Shown here: one piece after another, positions 26,908-40,200 of the stretch | Position numbering within the stretch: the stretch's first letter is position 1 | Layout: each line of letters starts with the position of its first letter | Assembly (NCBI RefSeq): GCF_004010195.1 | Contig: NC_057718.1 | Location: 1,681,696 to 1,745,695, forward strand | Reading direction: 5' to 3' | DNA: 64,000 bases | Source of the DNA: Chiloscyllium plagiosum | Taxonomy: Eukaryota | Translations under genes and position numbers: made by a program | Notes under the pieces: model-generated | The model's input: the letters and a program-made list of their open reading frames with translations, nothing else | What the model was told of the DNA's origin: nothing | Database searches by the model: none

Positions 26908-28390
26908 AGACTAATGGAATGGGCAAAACTGTGGTAGTTAGAGTGCAATATAATCAAGGGTGAGGTCAATTATTTCAGACCAAAAATGAATATGATAGGA
27001 TTCCTTTCAGATGGTATGAAGTTAAATACAGTAGATGTCCACAGAGACAAAGGGGGGTCAGGTGCATAATCTTTAAAATGTCACAAACAGCTGCAGAGAC
27101 AAATCAAGAAAGCTAATGGAATGCTAACATTTATATCTAAAGGATTGAATAGAAGGTGCAGAAGTCATGATGCAGTTGTATAAAACCCTAACTAAAACCT
27201 TGAAAAAGTGCAGACTGTACATGGTGGATAGGCTTTGGGGAGTCAGGAGGTGAACCTCTGACCTGCACTGTTTATCTGACTTTTCCAGTTCAGTTTGTGG
27301 TCAGTGGTAAACCCCAGGGTGAACATCCAGGGAGATACAATGTGGCTATCACTATCTCAAACAAGTGTGCTGTTTGGAAAATGTAGGGGGTGATGGACTG
27401 CAGGGGAATGTAGTACTGACAGCCAGGTTTCTGGTACCGAGACAGGTTCTACTGTAATGAGGGCTACGCCAGGTTCCAAGCAATCGATTGTGATAGGGGA
27501 TCTCTAGTCAGTGGCACAGATACGTTTCTGTGGCTAACAGCGAGAAATCAGAATGTTGTGTTGCCTCCCTGATGCCAGGAACAAGGATATCTCAGAGAGA
27601 GTGCAGAATATTCTCAAAGGGGAGAGGGGCCAGCAGGAGGTCCATGTTGGTACCAATGACATTGGTAAAGAAAGGAACGATGTTCTGCAAAGAGAATATA
27701 AGAAATTAGGCAGGAGGTTATAAAGTAGGTGTTTGAGGATAGTAATATCTGTATTACTCCTGGTGCCAAGAGCTAGTGAGGATAGGAATAGGAGGATAGA
27801 GCAGACAAATGCATGGCTGAGGAGCTGGTGCAGGGGAGAAGCGTTCACATTTTTTGATCGTTGGAATCTCTTCTGCAGAAGAAATGGCCTATATAAGAAG
27901 GATGGATTGCATCTGAATTGGAAGGGGACAAATATCCTGGTGAGGAGATTTGCTAGTGCTACTTGGGAGGATTTAAACTAGTAAGGTGCAGACCCAAAGA
28001 AGCAGTGAGAATAAAGCTAAATCTGAGGCTGCTACAGTGGGAAGAGGAGCAAGACAAATAGTTAAGACTGGCAACAGTCAGGCAGAGAACAAGGTAAGAC
28101 ATTGAAAGCCCCCATCCAGAACACATTGTGCTCATGCAATCCTCAGTGCTCGCTCCAAGTGTTGTTCAACATGGAGCAGTACTGATTCATCAGCCAAGGG
28201 AGAATGATACATGATAATCAGCAGGAAGTTTCCTTGCCCATGTTTAACCTGAAGCCATGAGACATCAGGGGGTCTGGGATCAATGTTGAGGACTCCCAGG
28301 GCAACTCTGCTGGGTCTCTCCCCATCCAGGAATGGTGATGGTGCTGAAAAAATATTGTCTATAAAGCATGTTTCTGTGAGTATTACTATT

Positions 28391-28488
28391 TCTCATTCCT
28401 GATGAAGGGCTTTTGCCCGAAACGTCGATTTTTCCTGCTCCTCGGATGCTGCCTGATCTGCTGTGCTTTTCCAGCAACACTCTAATCT
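28391..28488 (+). mobile_element. Penelope-derived pLTR fragment with canonical hammerhead core
   Basis: CUGAUGA(28399-28405)-A-GGGC-uuuu-GCCC-GAAA-C-GUC(28426). Confidence 0.75.
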
Positions 28489-30957
28489 TGTCTCAATTTT
28501 GGTACTAGCCCCAGATGTTAGCGAGAAGGATTTTGCAGGGTCAAAAGGGCTGTTTACTGTCATTCCTTCTGGTGTCTCTGGCCAATGCCTGGTGATCATC
28601 CAGTTCTCATTCCATTTTTGAGGCTTTCTGGAAGTTGATACAACTCAGTGTCAGAGAGCAGTTAAGGGCCAACCACATTGTTCTGGGTCTGGAGTCACAT
28701 ATAGGCCAGACCACATAAGGATGGCAGATTTCCTTCCTGAAAGAACATGTGAAAGAGATTTTCTTTTTCGACAATGAAGGCTAGTTTCAAGGTCACTTTA
28801 GACTCTTAATTCCAGGTTTTTATTAAATTCAAATTTTATGCTCTGCTGTAGTGGAATTCAAATGCAGGTTTCTAAAACATTACCTGCATCTCTGGGTCCT
28901 TAGCTCAGTTACAATATCACTACGCTCCATGGTAGGATGGTAATAGCTGCAAACTGCCGGAGGATATGAGTTGACTGGTCAGGGAGACAGGGTAGTGGTA
29001 AATGGAATTCAACCACGAAAAAATGGAGGTAATTAACTTGGGGAGACGTGACAAACAAAGGATCCCACTGCGAATAGTGGGATGCTGGAGAATGCTGAAA
29101 ATCAAAGGGACAATGATGTGCACATCCCAGCATTCCTGAAAGTAGCAGGACTAGTAGCTAAGGTGGTTAGGAAGGTATATAAGATATCTGCCTTTATTAA
29201 TCCTGCATTGAATACAGAAGCATGAATGTTTTGCTGAAACTGAATAAAATACTGGTTAGGACACAACTGGAACAGTGTGTTCAGTTCTGGTTACATTATT
29301 GGAAGGATGTGGTTTCACAAGAGGGGGCAGAGGAGATTTATCAGGATGATGCCTGGTTGGGAGTGTCTGAGAGATGATGAAAGGTTGGATTGGCTGGGCT
29401 TGTTTTCCTTGGATCAGTGAAGGCTGACAGTGGACCTTATGGATGAGTATAAGATTGAGAGGCAAAGATAGAGTGGGTAGGAAGGCAGTCTTTCCACTTG
29501 GACATGGGTCAATACCTGAGGACGTGGATTTAAAGTCAGAGGTTGAAGACTGTGAGGATACCGGAGGGGAACATTTTCATCAGAGGGTGGACAGTGTCTG
29601 AGTCATAAACTCTCATCACATTTAAGTGGCATTTCGATGTTAACTTGTATTGTCCTCGCCTCCAGGGTATCAGGGATTTGTGCAGTGAGACTGGTGCAGA
29701 CTCGATGGCCCAAATGGCATGTGCTGTAAACATCTTGGTATCTGTAAAAATACATTGTTGTTTCCTGTTCCCCAGGTATTCCTTACTTCTCCTGCAGGTA
29801 CTGCCTCAGTTCCAGAGATAATTCCTGTCCTCTCTGGTGTTTCACTCTTTTCCATCCAAGCCTCAATAGAACATGAACTGCTCTCACCCCTAGCTTGCCC
29901 TCATCCCCTCCAGCCCTCACTTTGGCCAGCTGACTACCATCTACTTCATTTGCTGCCTCCTGCCCTCCTAATGACTCAGCCAAACCCTCCCATTGATCTA
30001 TATTCTATGAGTAATCAATGATGGGATTCTAACTGACATGAGCAAACACAGAGGTTTCAGGCTGCAGCTGTGCCTGCCATGAGACTGGAACTTTGCTGAA
30101 GTGTTTTCGAAGATGGGTAATATGGAACGTGTGAGCTACCATACCCTGCCAATTTCCTTTATGGTATCTCCAAGTTGATAATCATAAAAATGTGTTACAA
30201 AAGTGTCAACAAGAGTTTTACTGTTCAGACTTTGGGCTGGTTCAGATGCTAACAGACATCACTCAAAGGCTCGGTGGGGGGGTGTCTAGAATTCACTGCC
30301 TGCCAGGATGGTTCATTCAGAAACTTTCATAACATTAAAGCAGGTATTTCGACGTTCACTTGCATTGGCATAGCCTCAAGGGTATGGGCTAATTCTGGCC
30401 AGTGTGGCGTGTGCAGTGAGATTATTATTAACTGCTCGAGATGTTACAACTAGTCAGTTGGGGTCCAGGGCAGAGTCTGGACTTTGTGTCATTGTTTGGG
30501 CATGGGGTCTATGCATTAAAAGAGAAAACGTGGCTGGAAACCATGTCAATGAGTTTCTATCCTGAGAGTTTCAGGGTTCTTCACCATGCCCAAGCAACAA
30601 TGATAAAGTCACCTGCTGCAGGTTTCCTGAACATTGCCCTGATGGATGGCAGAGAATGTGAAAAATCACACAGTCTGTATTCCCGCCTCTGAATAAATCC
30701 AGGCCCTTCACAGCACCACACTGTCCAACCACTAACAAACCAGATCAGGATTGGAGGATTCAGAGTTTGCATTAATCTGAATTTTATACTCAGTGCCAGG
30801 GTGATACCAACTCCTGCAGCAGACATGTAGCTGGGGGGTCCCGTCTGATAAAGGACCTGACCACATTAAAAGGCAGGTCCGGTTTGAAACATTCCCCAGT
30901 ATCTCCTGTACTCCGACACATTTACCTGTGGAGCGGGGCTGAACGTCCCGAGGGAGA

Positions 30958-33900
30958 CAGCTCGAGTATGGTCCCAGCTAGAGAGCTGCAGTATGGTCCC
31001 AACGAGAGAGCTGCAGTATGGTCCCCAGCTAGAGAGCTGCAGTATGGTCCCAACTAGAGAGTTGCAGTATGGTCCCAGCTAGAGAGCTGCAATATGGTCC
31101 CCAGCTAGAGAGCTGCAGTATGGTCCCAACTAGAGAGTTGCAGAATGGTCCCCAGCTAGAGAGCTGCAGTATGGTCCCCAGCTAGAGAGCTGCAATATGG
31201 TCCCCAACTAGAGAGCTGCAGTATGGTCCCCGGCTGGAGAGCTGCAGAATGGTCCCCAGCTCGAGAGCTGCAGTATGGTCCCCAGCTAGAGAGCTGCAGT
31301 ATGGTCCCCAGCTAGAGAGCTGCAGTATGGTCCCAGCTAGAGAGCTGCAGTATGGTCCCAGCTAGAGAGCTGCAGTATGGGCCCTAGCTTTTGAGCTGCA
31401 GTATGGTCCCAGCTAGAGAGCTGCAGAATGGTCCCCAGCTCGAGAGCTGCAGTATGGGCCCCAGCTAGAGAGCTGCAGTATGGGCCCCAGCTAGAGAGTT
31501 ACAGTATGGTCCCCTGCGAGAGAGCTTCAGTATGGGCCCCAGCTAGTGAGTTGCAGTATGGTCCCAGCTTGAGAGCTGCATTATGGTCCCAGCTAGAGAG
31601 CTGCAGTATGGTCCCAGCTAGAGAGCTGCAGTATGGTTCGCAGCTGGAGAGCTGCAGTATGGTCCCCAGCTAGTGTGCTGCAGTATGGTCCCAGCTAGAG
31701 AGCTGCAGTATGGTCCAAGCTAGAGAGTTACAGTATGGACCCCAGCTAGACAGCTGCAGTATGGACCCCAGCTAGAGAGCTGCAGTATGGTCCCCAGCTA
31801 GAGAGCTGCAGTATGGACCCCAGCTAGAGAGCTGCAGTATGGTCCCAGCTAGAGAGCTGCAGTATGGTCCAAGCTAGAGAGTTACAGTATGGTCCCCAGC
31901 TAGAGAGCTGCAGCATGGTCCCCAGCTAGAGACCTGCCGTATGGTAACCAGCTAGAGAGCTGCAGTATGGTCTCCTGCTAGAGAGCTGCACTGTGGGCCC
32001 CAGCTAGAGAGCTGCAGTATGGACCCCAGCTAGAGAGCTGCAGTATGGTGAGAAAGTGAGGTCTGCAGATGCTGGAGATCAGAGCTGAAAATGTGCTGCT
32101 GGAGAAGCGCAGCAGGTCAGGCAGCATCCAGGGAACAGGAGAATCGACGCTTCGGGCATAAGCGCCTCTTCAGGAATCCATTCCTGAAGAGGGGCTTATG
32201 CCCGAAGCGTCGATTCTCCTAATCCCTGGATGCTGCCTGACATGCTGCGCTTCTCCAGCAGCACATTTTCAGCTGCAGTATGGTCCCCAGTTAGATAGCT
32301 GCAGTATGGTCCCAGCTAGAGAGCTGCAGTATGGTCCCCAGCTAGAGAGCTGCAGTGTGGTCCCCCGCTAGAGAGCTGCAGTATGGGCCCTAGCTAGTGA
32401 GCTGCAGTGTGGTCCCCAGTTAGATAGCTGCAGTATGGTACCAACTAGAGAGTTGCAGTATGGTCCCCAGCTAGAGAGCTGCAGTATGGTCCCCAGCTAG
32501 AGAGCTGCAGAATGGTCCCCAGCTAGAGAGCTGCAGTATGGTCCCCGGCTAGAGAGCTGCAGTATGGGCCCTAGCTAGTGAGCTGCAGTATGGGCCCCAG
32601 CTAGAGAGCTGCAGTGTGGTCCCCAGCTAGAGAGCTGCAGTATGGGCCCTAGCTAGTGAGCTGCAGTATGGTCCCCTGCTAGAGAGCTGCAGTGTGGTCC
32701 CCAGCTAGAGAGCTGCAGTATGGGCCCTAGCTAGTGAGCTGCAGTATGGTCCCCTGCTAGAGAGTAACAGTATGGTCCCCAGCTAAAAAGCTGCAGTATG
32801 GTCCCAGCGAGAGAGCTGCAGTATGGGCCCTAGCTAGTGAGCTGCAGTATGGACCCCAGCTAGAGAGCTGCAGTATGGTCCCAGCTAGAGAGCTGCAGTA
32901 TGGTCCCAACGAGAGAGCTGCAGTATGGGCCCCAGCTAGAGAGTTACAGTATGGTCCCCAGCTAGAGAGTTACAGTATGGGCCCCAGCTAGAGAGTTACA
33001 GTATGGTCCCCAGCTAGAGAGCTGCAGTATGGGCCCCAGCTAGAGAGTTACAGTATGGTCCCCAGCTAGAGAGCTGCAGTATGGGCACCAGCTAGAGAGT
33101 TACAGTATGGTCCCCAGCTAAAAAGCTGCAGTAAGGTCCCTAGCTCGAGAGCTGCAGTATGGTCCCCAGCTAGTGAGCTGCAGTATGGACCCCAGCTAGA
33201 GAGCTGCAGTATGGTCCCAGCTAGAGAGCTGCAGTATGGGCCACTGCTAGAGAGTTACAGTATGGTCCCAGCCAGAGAGCTGCAGTATGGGCCACTGCTA
33301 GAGAGTTACAGTATGGTCCCAGCTAGAGAGCTGCAGTATGGGCCACTGCTAGAGAGTTACAGTATGGTCCCAGCCAGAGAGCTGCAGTATGGTCCCAGCT
33401 AGTGAGCTGCAGTATGGACCCCAGCTGGAGAGCTGCAGTATGGTCCCCAGCTAGAGACCTGCCATATGGTAACCAGCTGGAGAGCTGCAGTATGGTGAGA
33501 AAGTGAGGTCTGCAGATGCTGGAGATCAGAGCTGAAAATGTGCTGCTGGAGAAGCACAGCAGGTCAGGCAGCATCCAGGGAACAGGAGAATCGACGCTTC
33601 GGGCATAAGCGCCTCTTCAGGAATCCATTCCTGAAGAGGGGCTTATGCCCGAAGCGTCGATTCTCCTATTCCCTGGATGCTGCCTGACATGCTGCGCTTC
33701 TCCAGCAGCACATTTTCAGCTGCAGTATGGTCCCCAGTTAGATAGCTGCAGTATGGTCCCAACGAGAGAGCTGCAGTATGGTCCCAGCTAGAGAGCTGCA
33801 GTATGGTCCCCAGCTAGAGAGCTGCAGTATGGTACCAACTAGAGAGTTGCAGTATGGTCCCCGGCTAGAGAGCTGCAGTATGGTCCCCAGCTAGAGAGCT

Positions 33901-35060
33901 GCAGAATGGTCCCCAGCTAGAGAGCTGCAGAATGGGCCCCAGCTAGAGAGCTGCAGTATGGTCCCAGCTAGACAGCTGCAGTATGGTCCCAGCTAGAGAG
34001 CTGCAGTAAGGTCCCAGCTAGAGAGCTGCAGTATGGTCCCAACTAGAGAGTTGCAGTATGGACCCAGGCTAGAGAGCTGCAGTATGGTCCCAGCTCGAGA
34101 GCTGCAGTATGGGCCCCAGCTAGAGAGCTGCAGTATGGTCCCAGCTAGAGAGCTGCAGTATGGGCCCAGCTAGAGAGCTGCAGTATGGTCCCAGCTAGTG
34201 AGCTGCAGTATGGTCCCCTGCTAGAGAGCTGCAGTATGGACCCCAGCTAGAGAGCTGCAGTATGGTCCCAGCGAGAGAGCTGCAGTCTGGTCCCGAGCTA
34301 GAGAGCTGCAGTATGGTCCCAACGAGAGAGCTGCAGTATGGTCCCAGCTAGAGAGTTACAGTATGGTCCCCAGTTAGAGAGCTGCATTATGGTCCCAGTT
34401 AGAGAGCTGCATTATGGTCCCCAGCTAGTGAGCTGCAGTATGGACCCCAGCTAGAGAGTTACAGTATGGTCCCAGCTGGAGAGCTGCAGTATGGGCCCCA
34501 GCTAGAGAGCTGTAACATTGTCCCCAGCTAGACAGCTGCAGCATGGTCCCCAGCTAGAGAGCTGCAGTATGGACCCCAGCTAGAGAGCTGCAGTATGGTT
34601 CCAGCTAGAGAGCTGCAGTATGGTCCCGAGCTAGAGAGCTGCAGTATGGTCTCAGCTAGAGAGCTGCAGTATGGTTCGCAGCTGGAGAGCTGCATTATGG
34701 TCCCCAGCTAGTGAGCTGCAGTATGGTCCCCAGTTGGAGAGCTGCAGTATGGTCCCCAGCTAGACAGCTGCAGTAAGGTCCCTAGCTCGAGAGCTGCAGT
34801 ATGGGCCCCAGTTGGAGAGCTGCAGTATGGTCCCCAGCTAGAGAGCTGCAGTAAGGTCCCTAGCTCGAGAGCTGCAGTATGGGCCCCAGCTAGAGAGCTG
34901 TAGCATGGTCCCTAGCTAGACAGCTGCAGTGTGGGCCATAGCTAGAGAGCTGCAGTATGGGCCCCAGCTAGAGAGCTGCACTACGGACCCCAGCTAGAGA
35001 GCTGCACTATGGACCCCAGCTAGAGAGTTACAGTATGGGCCCCAGCTAGAGAACTGCAGT
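30958..35060. repeat. Satellite, 26/27 bp unit CAGCTAGAGAGCTGCAGTATGGTCC(C)C, well over 100 copies
   Basis: Directly visible tandem array with two identical-site insertions (32050-32274, 33497-33721). Confidence 0.98.
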
Positions 35061-36367
35061 CTCTGCAATTAGATCCAGGGAAAACTTTGGGATGAGGTTG
35101 GATGTTCGATTGGAGCTGAGTTGCCTGGGAGACAGGATGAGAAAGGCCAATGGTTTCATTGTGGTGTCCGTGGAAAACTCTGCTCTTCTCCCCTTTCCTT
35201 TGTTTTGCTCTCTCTAATCTCTGTTCCCCATCCTTTGCCTTTTCCTTCTCTTGCCTCCCTACTCTCTCTACCCAATCCGTTTTACCCTCGGTGTGGCTCC
35301 CCCACATTTTGCCTCCTCCGGCTGTTCGCACTCTGAGATTGTACAGTACTGTCCATCTCTTGCCCTCATGTGCATCCTGATTTCAATCACTCTTCTGTTG
35401 ATGGTCATGCCCTTGGCTTCCTAAGATCCACAGGATCCAACCTTTGGATAAGGCAATGGGAATACTATAATAAAATGATTTCAGCACAAGGTTACCCAGT
35501 CTTTTTAAAGCCTAATTTAATGTCCAGTGTAAGTGTTGTGTAACCATCATCTACACAGCTATTCCTCCCCATGTAGCAATACCCAACCCAACCCTCCTCT
35601 CTATAAAATACTCACCAATTCAAGACTTATTCCTTTGTATATTATATTAAGGTGGCATAAGTATGGTACAAATGTTATTGGTATGACATTGACGCATTGG
35701 TATGACATACAGTTTGCTAACACACTTATCCTATAGTGTTTTTTTCCCTTAGATTTTCCTTTTGATTCCCACTCCCCTCCCTACCCCATCTCCAATTTCC
35801 ACATGCTGTTGTGCAGATTCCTGTCTGTGTTAGGCTGCGCTTCATTGGATACCCGCTCCTGTGCTCAGAGTATGAGACAGTGACACACAGTGACCGAGCC
35901 ACATTACTGCTCTGCCCATTTCAGTCCTCAGCCAGTGCTGGTACCATTGACTGGCTCCAGGATTTCATCACTGGAAGCCAAGCTGCTAATCCCCAACTCA
36001 CAGCCCAACTTTGAATCGAGCTAGTATCATCTAATTGAGAACATGCTGTGGGAACCTCACACCTTCTCAGGGACGGGATTCTCAGCATTTACACATTCAT
36101 TGTACTTGGACCATGACAAAATTGTTGACCCAAGGACTGCGTAATCCTTTCACAGCCTGGTCTTGCACCATTCTATCTAATCACAGTCCAGTCCAGTTAT
36201 ATATAACCATTTACATTGTCTTTCCTCGATAAATTCACAACATTATTTTGTCCATGACAGCTTGAAACTAATTAAATTTGGTGGCAGCTTTCTTGAAGCT
36301 GAAATTCCCAAGGAGTCCAAAGAACTTGGACCATGTGTTGAATTTGTTCCTGCATCAGTTTATCCAC

Positions 36368-36732
36368 TCATAGAGGGTACCTTGCTGACTGTCTTTTCTG
36401 GGATAAGCCTGACAGGATAACAGAGAAGGAGTGCTGTGCACTTTGCCTCCTCATCCATTTGTGTGTCACTGCCTTTGCGACTCTCCCTTCCAGGAAATAT
36501 GTCTCAACTTCACCAAACCTCTCAGACACACCCTTGACAAAAACTCGGCCTCTGTATTGGAAAGAAAAGCCACGGGTGTCAAGAATGTCGAAGGTTTCCT
36601 TTGGCACCTGTATCTTGCCACTGATGCCAGTGCTATCCATGCGACTGGCAAAATTCACTGTTGAACCCCAGATGTCATATTGTGGCTTCTTAACTCCTAT
36701 AACGCCTGAAACTGCTGGTCCTTGAGCAAATC
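36368..36732 (-). CDS. Adenylyl cyclase (ADCY8-like) terminal coding exon, C2a end plus short C2b
   Basis: Minus-strand acceptor ttttgtctttgccag, phase 1; GVIGVKKPQYDIWGSTVNFASRMDSTG..VKGVSE..TYFL; KKPQYDIWG and VKG.SE resemble AC8; stop at 36368-36370. Confidence 0.93.
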
Positions 36733-37299
36733 CTGGCAAAGACAAAAGCAGCAGTTATCAGCAGACACTCACCAACCTTACTTAGCTATCGTCTATAATG
36801 CGATAGCTCCTTTCTTGTGCAAACCCGCGCTATACAAAAATTGCACAATACACATAACTCTTAAAGTTTTGGCAATCTAATCACGTTATAGCCAACACAC
36901 AGTTTACAAGATTGTGTTTTAAAAACAGTATTCCTAATTCACCAATCACGTCATAGCCAATTCGCATTGACGATTGATGCGTTATAGCTTTATAATCAAC
37001 TCTGAGGCAATACAGTTCTGGGAGAAGTGGGAGTGGGTAGGGAGCAGGAGGGAAGGAGATGGGAGGGAGAAGACAAGGCAGAGAGAATCCCTGGGATGTG
37101 GCTTGACTAACAGATGATACATAATCTTAGGTTTGGCATTTTGGGGAAACAAAATGGCTTAAATGCCACAAGTTGATATGCTTATTCAATCCCCAATGGC
37201 AAGGCCTTTGGAGAAACCAAAGACAGTTTAGACCTTGAGACAAAACCTGCTGCAATTTTACCTGCAGTTGATTTAAAATCAGAGTCAAAAGCACAGAAG

Positions 37300-40200
37300 A
37301 GGCCCTTTAACACATTGAGTGTGTACTGTGAAAACTACACTAAATCAACATAAGTCACGCATGGCAGCACTTAGCCCATAGCTTTGAATGTTATGACATT
37401 TCAAGTTCTCATCCAGGTACTTTGTAAAGATTGTGAGGTTTCCTTCTCAACAACACTCGAAGTCTCTTGTCTTTCACCTTATGCTCCCTTGTTACTGACC
37501 ATTCAACTGAGAGGAACAGATGCTTCCTATTCACCGTCTCCATGCCCCTAATAATCACATACAACTTTATCAGGACCCCCCCCCACCCTCGGCATTCTGC
37601 ACTCTAAAGAAAACAGCCTTAACTTATCCAGCCTCTCTTCATCACTGAAATGTTCCATCCCAGGGACCATCCTGGTGAAGTTCCTCTGCACCCCCTCCAG
37701 TACAATCCCATCCTTCCTGTAGTGTGGGGACCAGAACTGCACACAGTCCTCCAGCTGGGGCCTGACCAATGTCCTGTCCTGCCCCAACATCACCTCCCTG
37801 CTCTTACAGTCTGTGCCTCAACAGGTAAAGGCAAGTGTCCAATCTGCCTTTGTTATAACCCTATTACCCTGTCCTGCCTCCTTCAGGGATCTGTGGACAA
37901 GTATCCCAAGACCCCTCTGTTCCTCTGAGCTTCCTTGTGTGCTGACATTCATTGAGTAGCACCTTGTCTTGTTAATTTTTCCTAAGTGCATCAGTTCACA
38001 CTTTTCAGGGTTAAATTCCATCTGCCACTGATCTACTTTTCTGACGCTCTATCAATCCTTTTTTATCCTCTGAGAACATAAACTCTTCCTCCTCACTGTT
38101 AACCAACCAGACAAAAACCTGTCCATATTCTCACCTACTTCATTAATGATTTTAACAAATAATAAGGGACCCAGCACTTAGCCCTGTGGTATGTTACAGG
38201 AAACTGGCCTCCAGTCACACAAACAGCCTTCTACAACTACCCTCTGCCTCCTACCATTTAGTCAATTTTGTATCCAATTTGCCAAGTTACCCAGGATCCC
38301 ACATGCTTTTACCTTCTTCATCAGTCTCTCGTGTGGGAATTTGTCAAAGGCTTTGCTGATATCCTTATAAACTACATCAACTGCATTGCCCTATTGACAC
38401 ACCTAGTCACCACCTCCAAACATTCAACCAAAATTGTTAGGCATGACTTCCCACTGGCAAAGCATGCTTACTATCCCAGCTCAAACTTGTCTCTCCAAGT
38501 GGATTGAGAATCTCTCCTGTGAAGTACCTTGGTAGGCTTAATGCGTTAAGTGCTCTGAGAGTCATAGAGAGGTACAGCGTGGAAACAGACCATTCAGTCC
38601 AATCCATCCATGCCGACCAGATATCCCAACCCAATCTAGTCCCACCTGCCAGCACCCGGCTCATATCCCTCCAAACCCTTCCTATTCATATACTCATCCA
38701 AATGCCTCTTAAATGTTGCAATTGTACCTGCCTCCACCACTTCCTCTGGCAGCTCATTCCATACATGTACCACCCTCTGTGTGAAAACATTGCCCCTTAG
38801 GTCTCTTTTATACCTTTCCCCTCTCACCATAAACCTCTGCCCTCTAGTTCTGGACTCCCTGACCCCAGGGAAAAGACTTTGTCTATTTATCCTATCCATG
38901 CCCCTCATAATTTTGTAAACCTCTATAAGGTCGCCCCTCAGCCTCCGACTCTCCAGGGAAAACAGCCCCAGCCTGTTCAGCCTCTCCCTGTAGCTCAGAT
39001 CCTCCAACTCTGGCAACATCCTTGTAAATCTTTTCTGAATCCTTTCAAGTTTCACAACATCCTTCCAATAGAAAGGAGACCAGAATTGCATGCAATATTC
39101 CAACAGGGGCTAAACCAATGTCCTGTACAGCCGCAACATGACCTCCCAACTCCTGTACTCAATACTCTGATCAATAAAAGAAAGCATTCCAAACACCATT
39201 TTCACTACCTATCTACCTGCGACTCCACTTTCAAGGAGCTATGAACTTGCACTCCAAGGTCTCTTTGTTCAGCAACACTCCCTAGGACCTTATCATTAAG
39301 TGTATAAGTCCTGCTAAGATTTGCTTTCCCAAAATGCAGCACCTCACATTTATCTGAATTAAACTCCATCTGCCACTTTTCAGCCCATTGGCCCATCTGG
39401 TCCAGATCCTGTTGTAATCTGAGGTAACCCTCTTCGCTGTCCACTACACCTCCAATTTTGGTGTCATCTGCAAACTTACTAACTGTACCTCTTATGTTCG
39501 CATCCAAATCATTTATGTAAATGACAAAAAGTAGAGGGCCCAGCACTGATCCTTGTGGCACTCCACTGGTCACAGGCCTCCAGTCTGAAAAACAACCCTC
39601 CACCACCACCCTCTGTCTTCTACCTTTGAGCCAGTTCTGTATAAAAATGGCTAATTCTCCTTGTATTCCATGAGATCTAACCTTGCTAACCAGTCTCCCA
39701 TGGGCAACCTTGTCGAACGCCTTACTGAAGTCCATATAGATCACATTTACAGCTCTGCCCTCATCAATCTTCTTTGTTACTTCTTCAAAAAACTAAATCA
39801 AGTTTTTGAGACATGATTTCCCACACACAAAGCCATGTTTACTATCCCTAATCAGTCCTTGCCTTTCCAAATACATGTACATCCTGTCCCTCAGGATTCC
39901 CTCCAACAACTTGCCCACCACCGAGGTCAGGCTCACTGATCTATAGTTCCCTGGCTTGTCCTTACCACCCTTCTTAAACAGTAGCACCAGTTTGCCAACC
40001 TCCAGTCTTCTGGCACCTCACCTGTGACTATCCATGATACAAATATCTCAGCAAGAGGCCCAGCAATCACTTCTCTAGCTTCCCACAGAGTTCTCGGGTA
40101 CACCTGATCAGGTCCTGGGGATTTATCCACCTTTACCCGTTTCAAGACATCCATCCTCTGTAATATGGACATTTTGCAAGATGTCACCATTTATTTCCCT

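Larger units (their letters stand above)
25680..28000 (+). mobile_element. CR1 fragments: RT part and ORF1 SGNH-esterase part
   Basis: MDFQKAFDKVP; HVGTND, NAWLRSWC, YKKDGLHLN. Confidence 0.8.

Noticed and set aside
30958-35060. CRISPR-like regular array with palindromic units
   Set aside because: Units are contiguous with no unique spacers, there are no cas genes, and the context is eukaryotic
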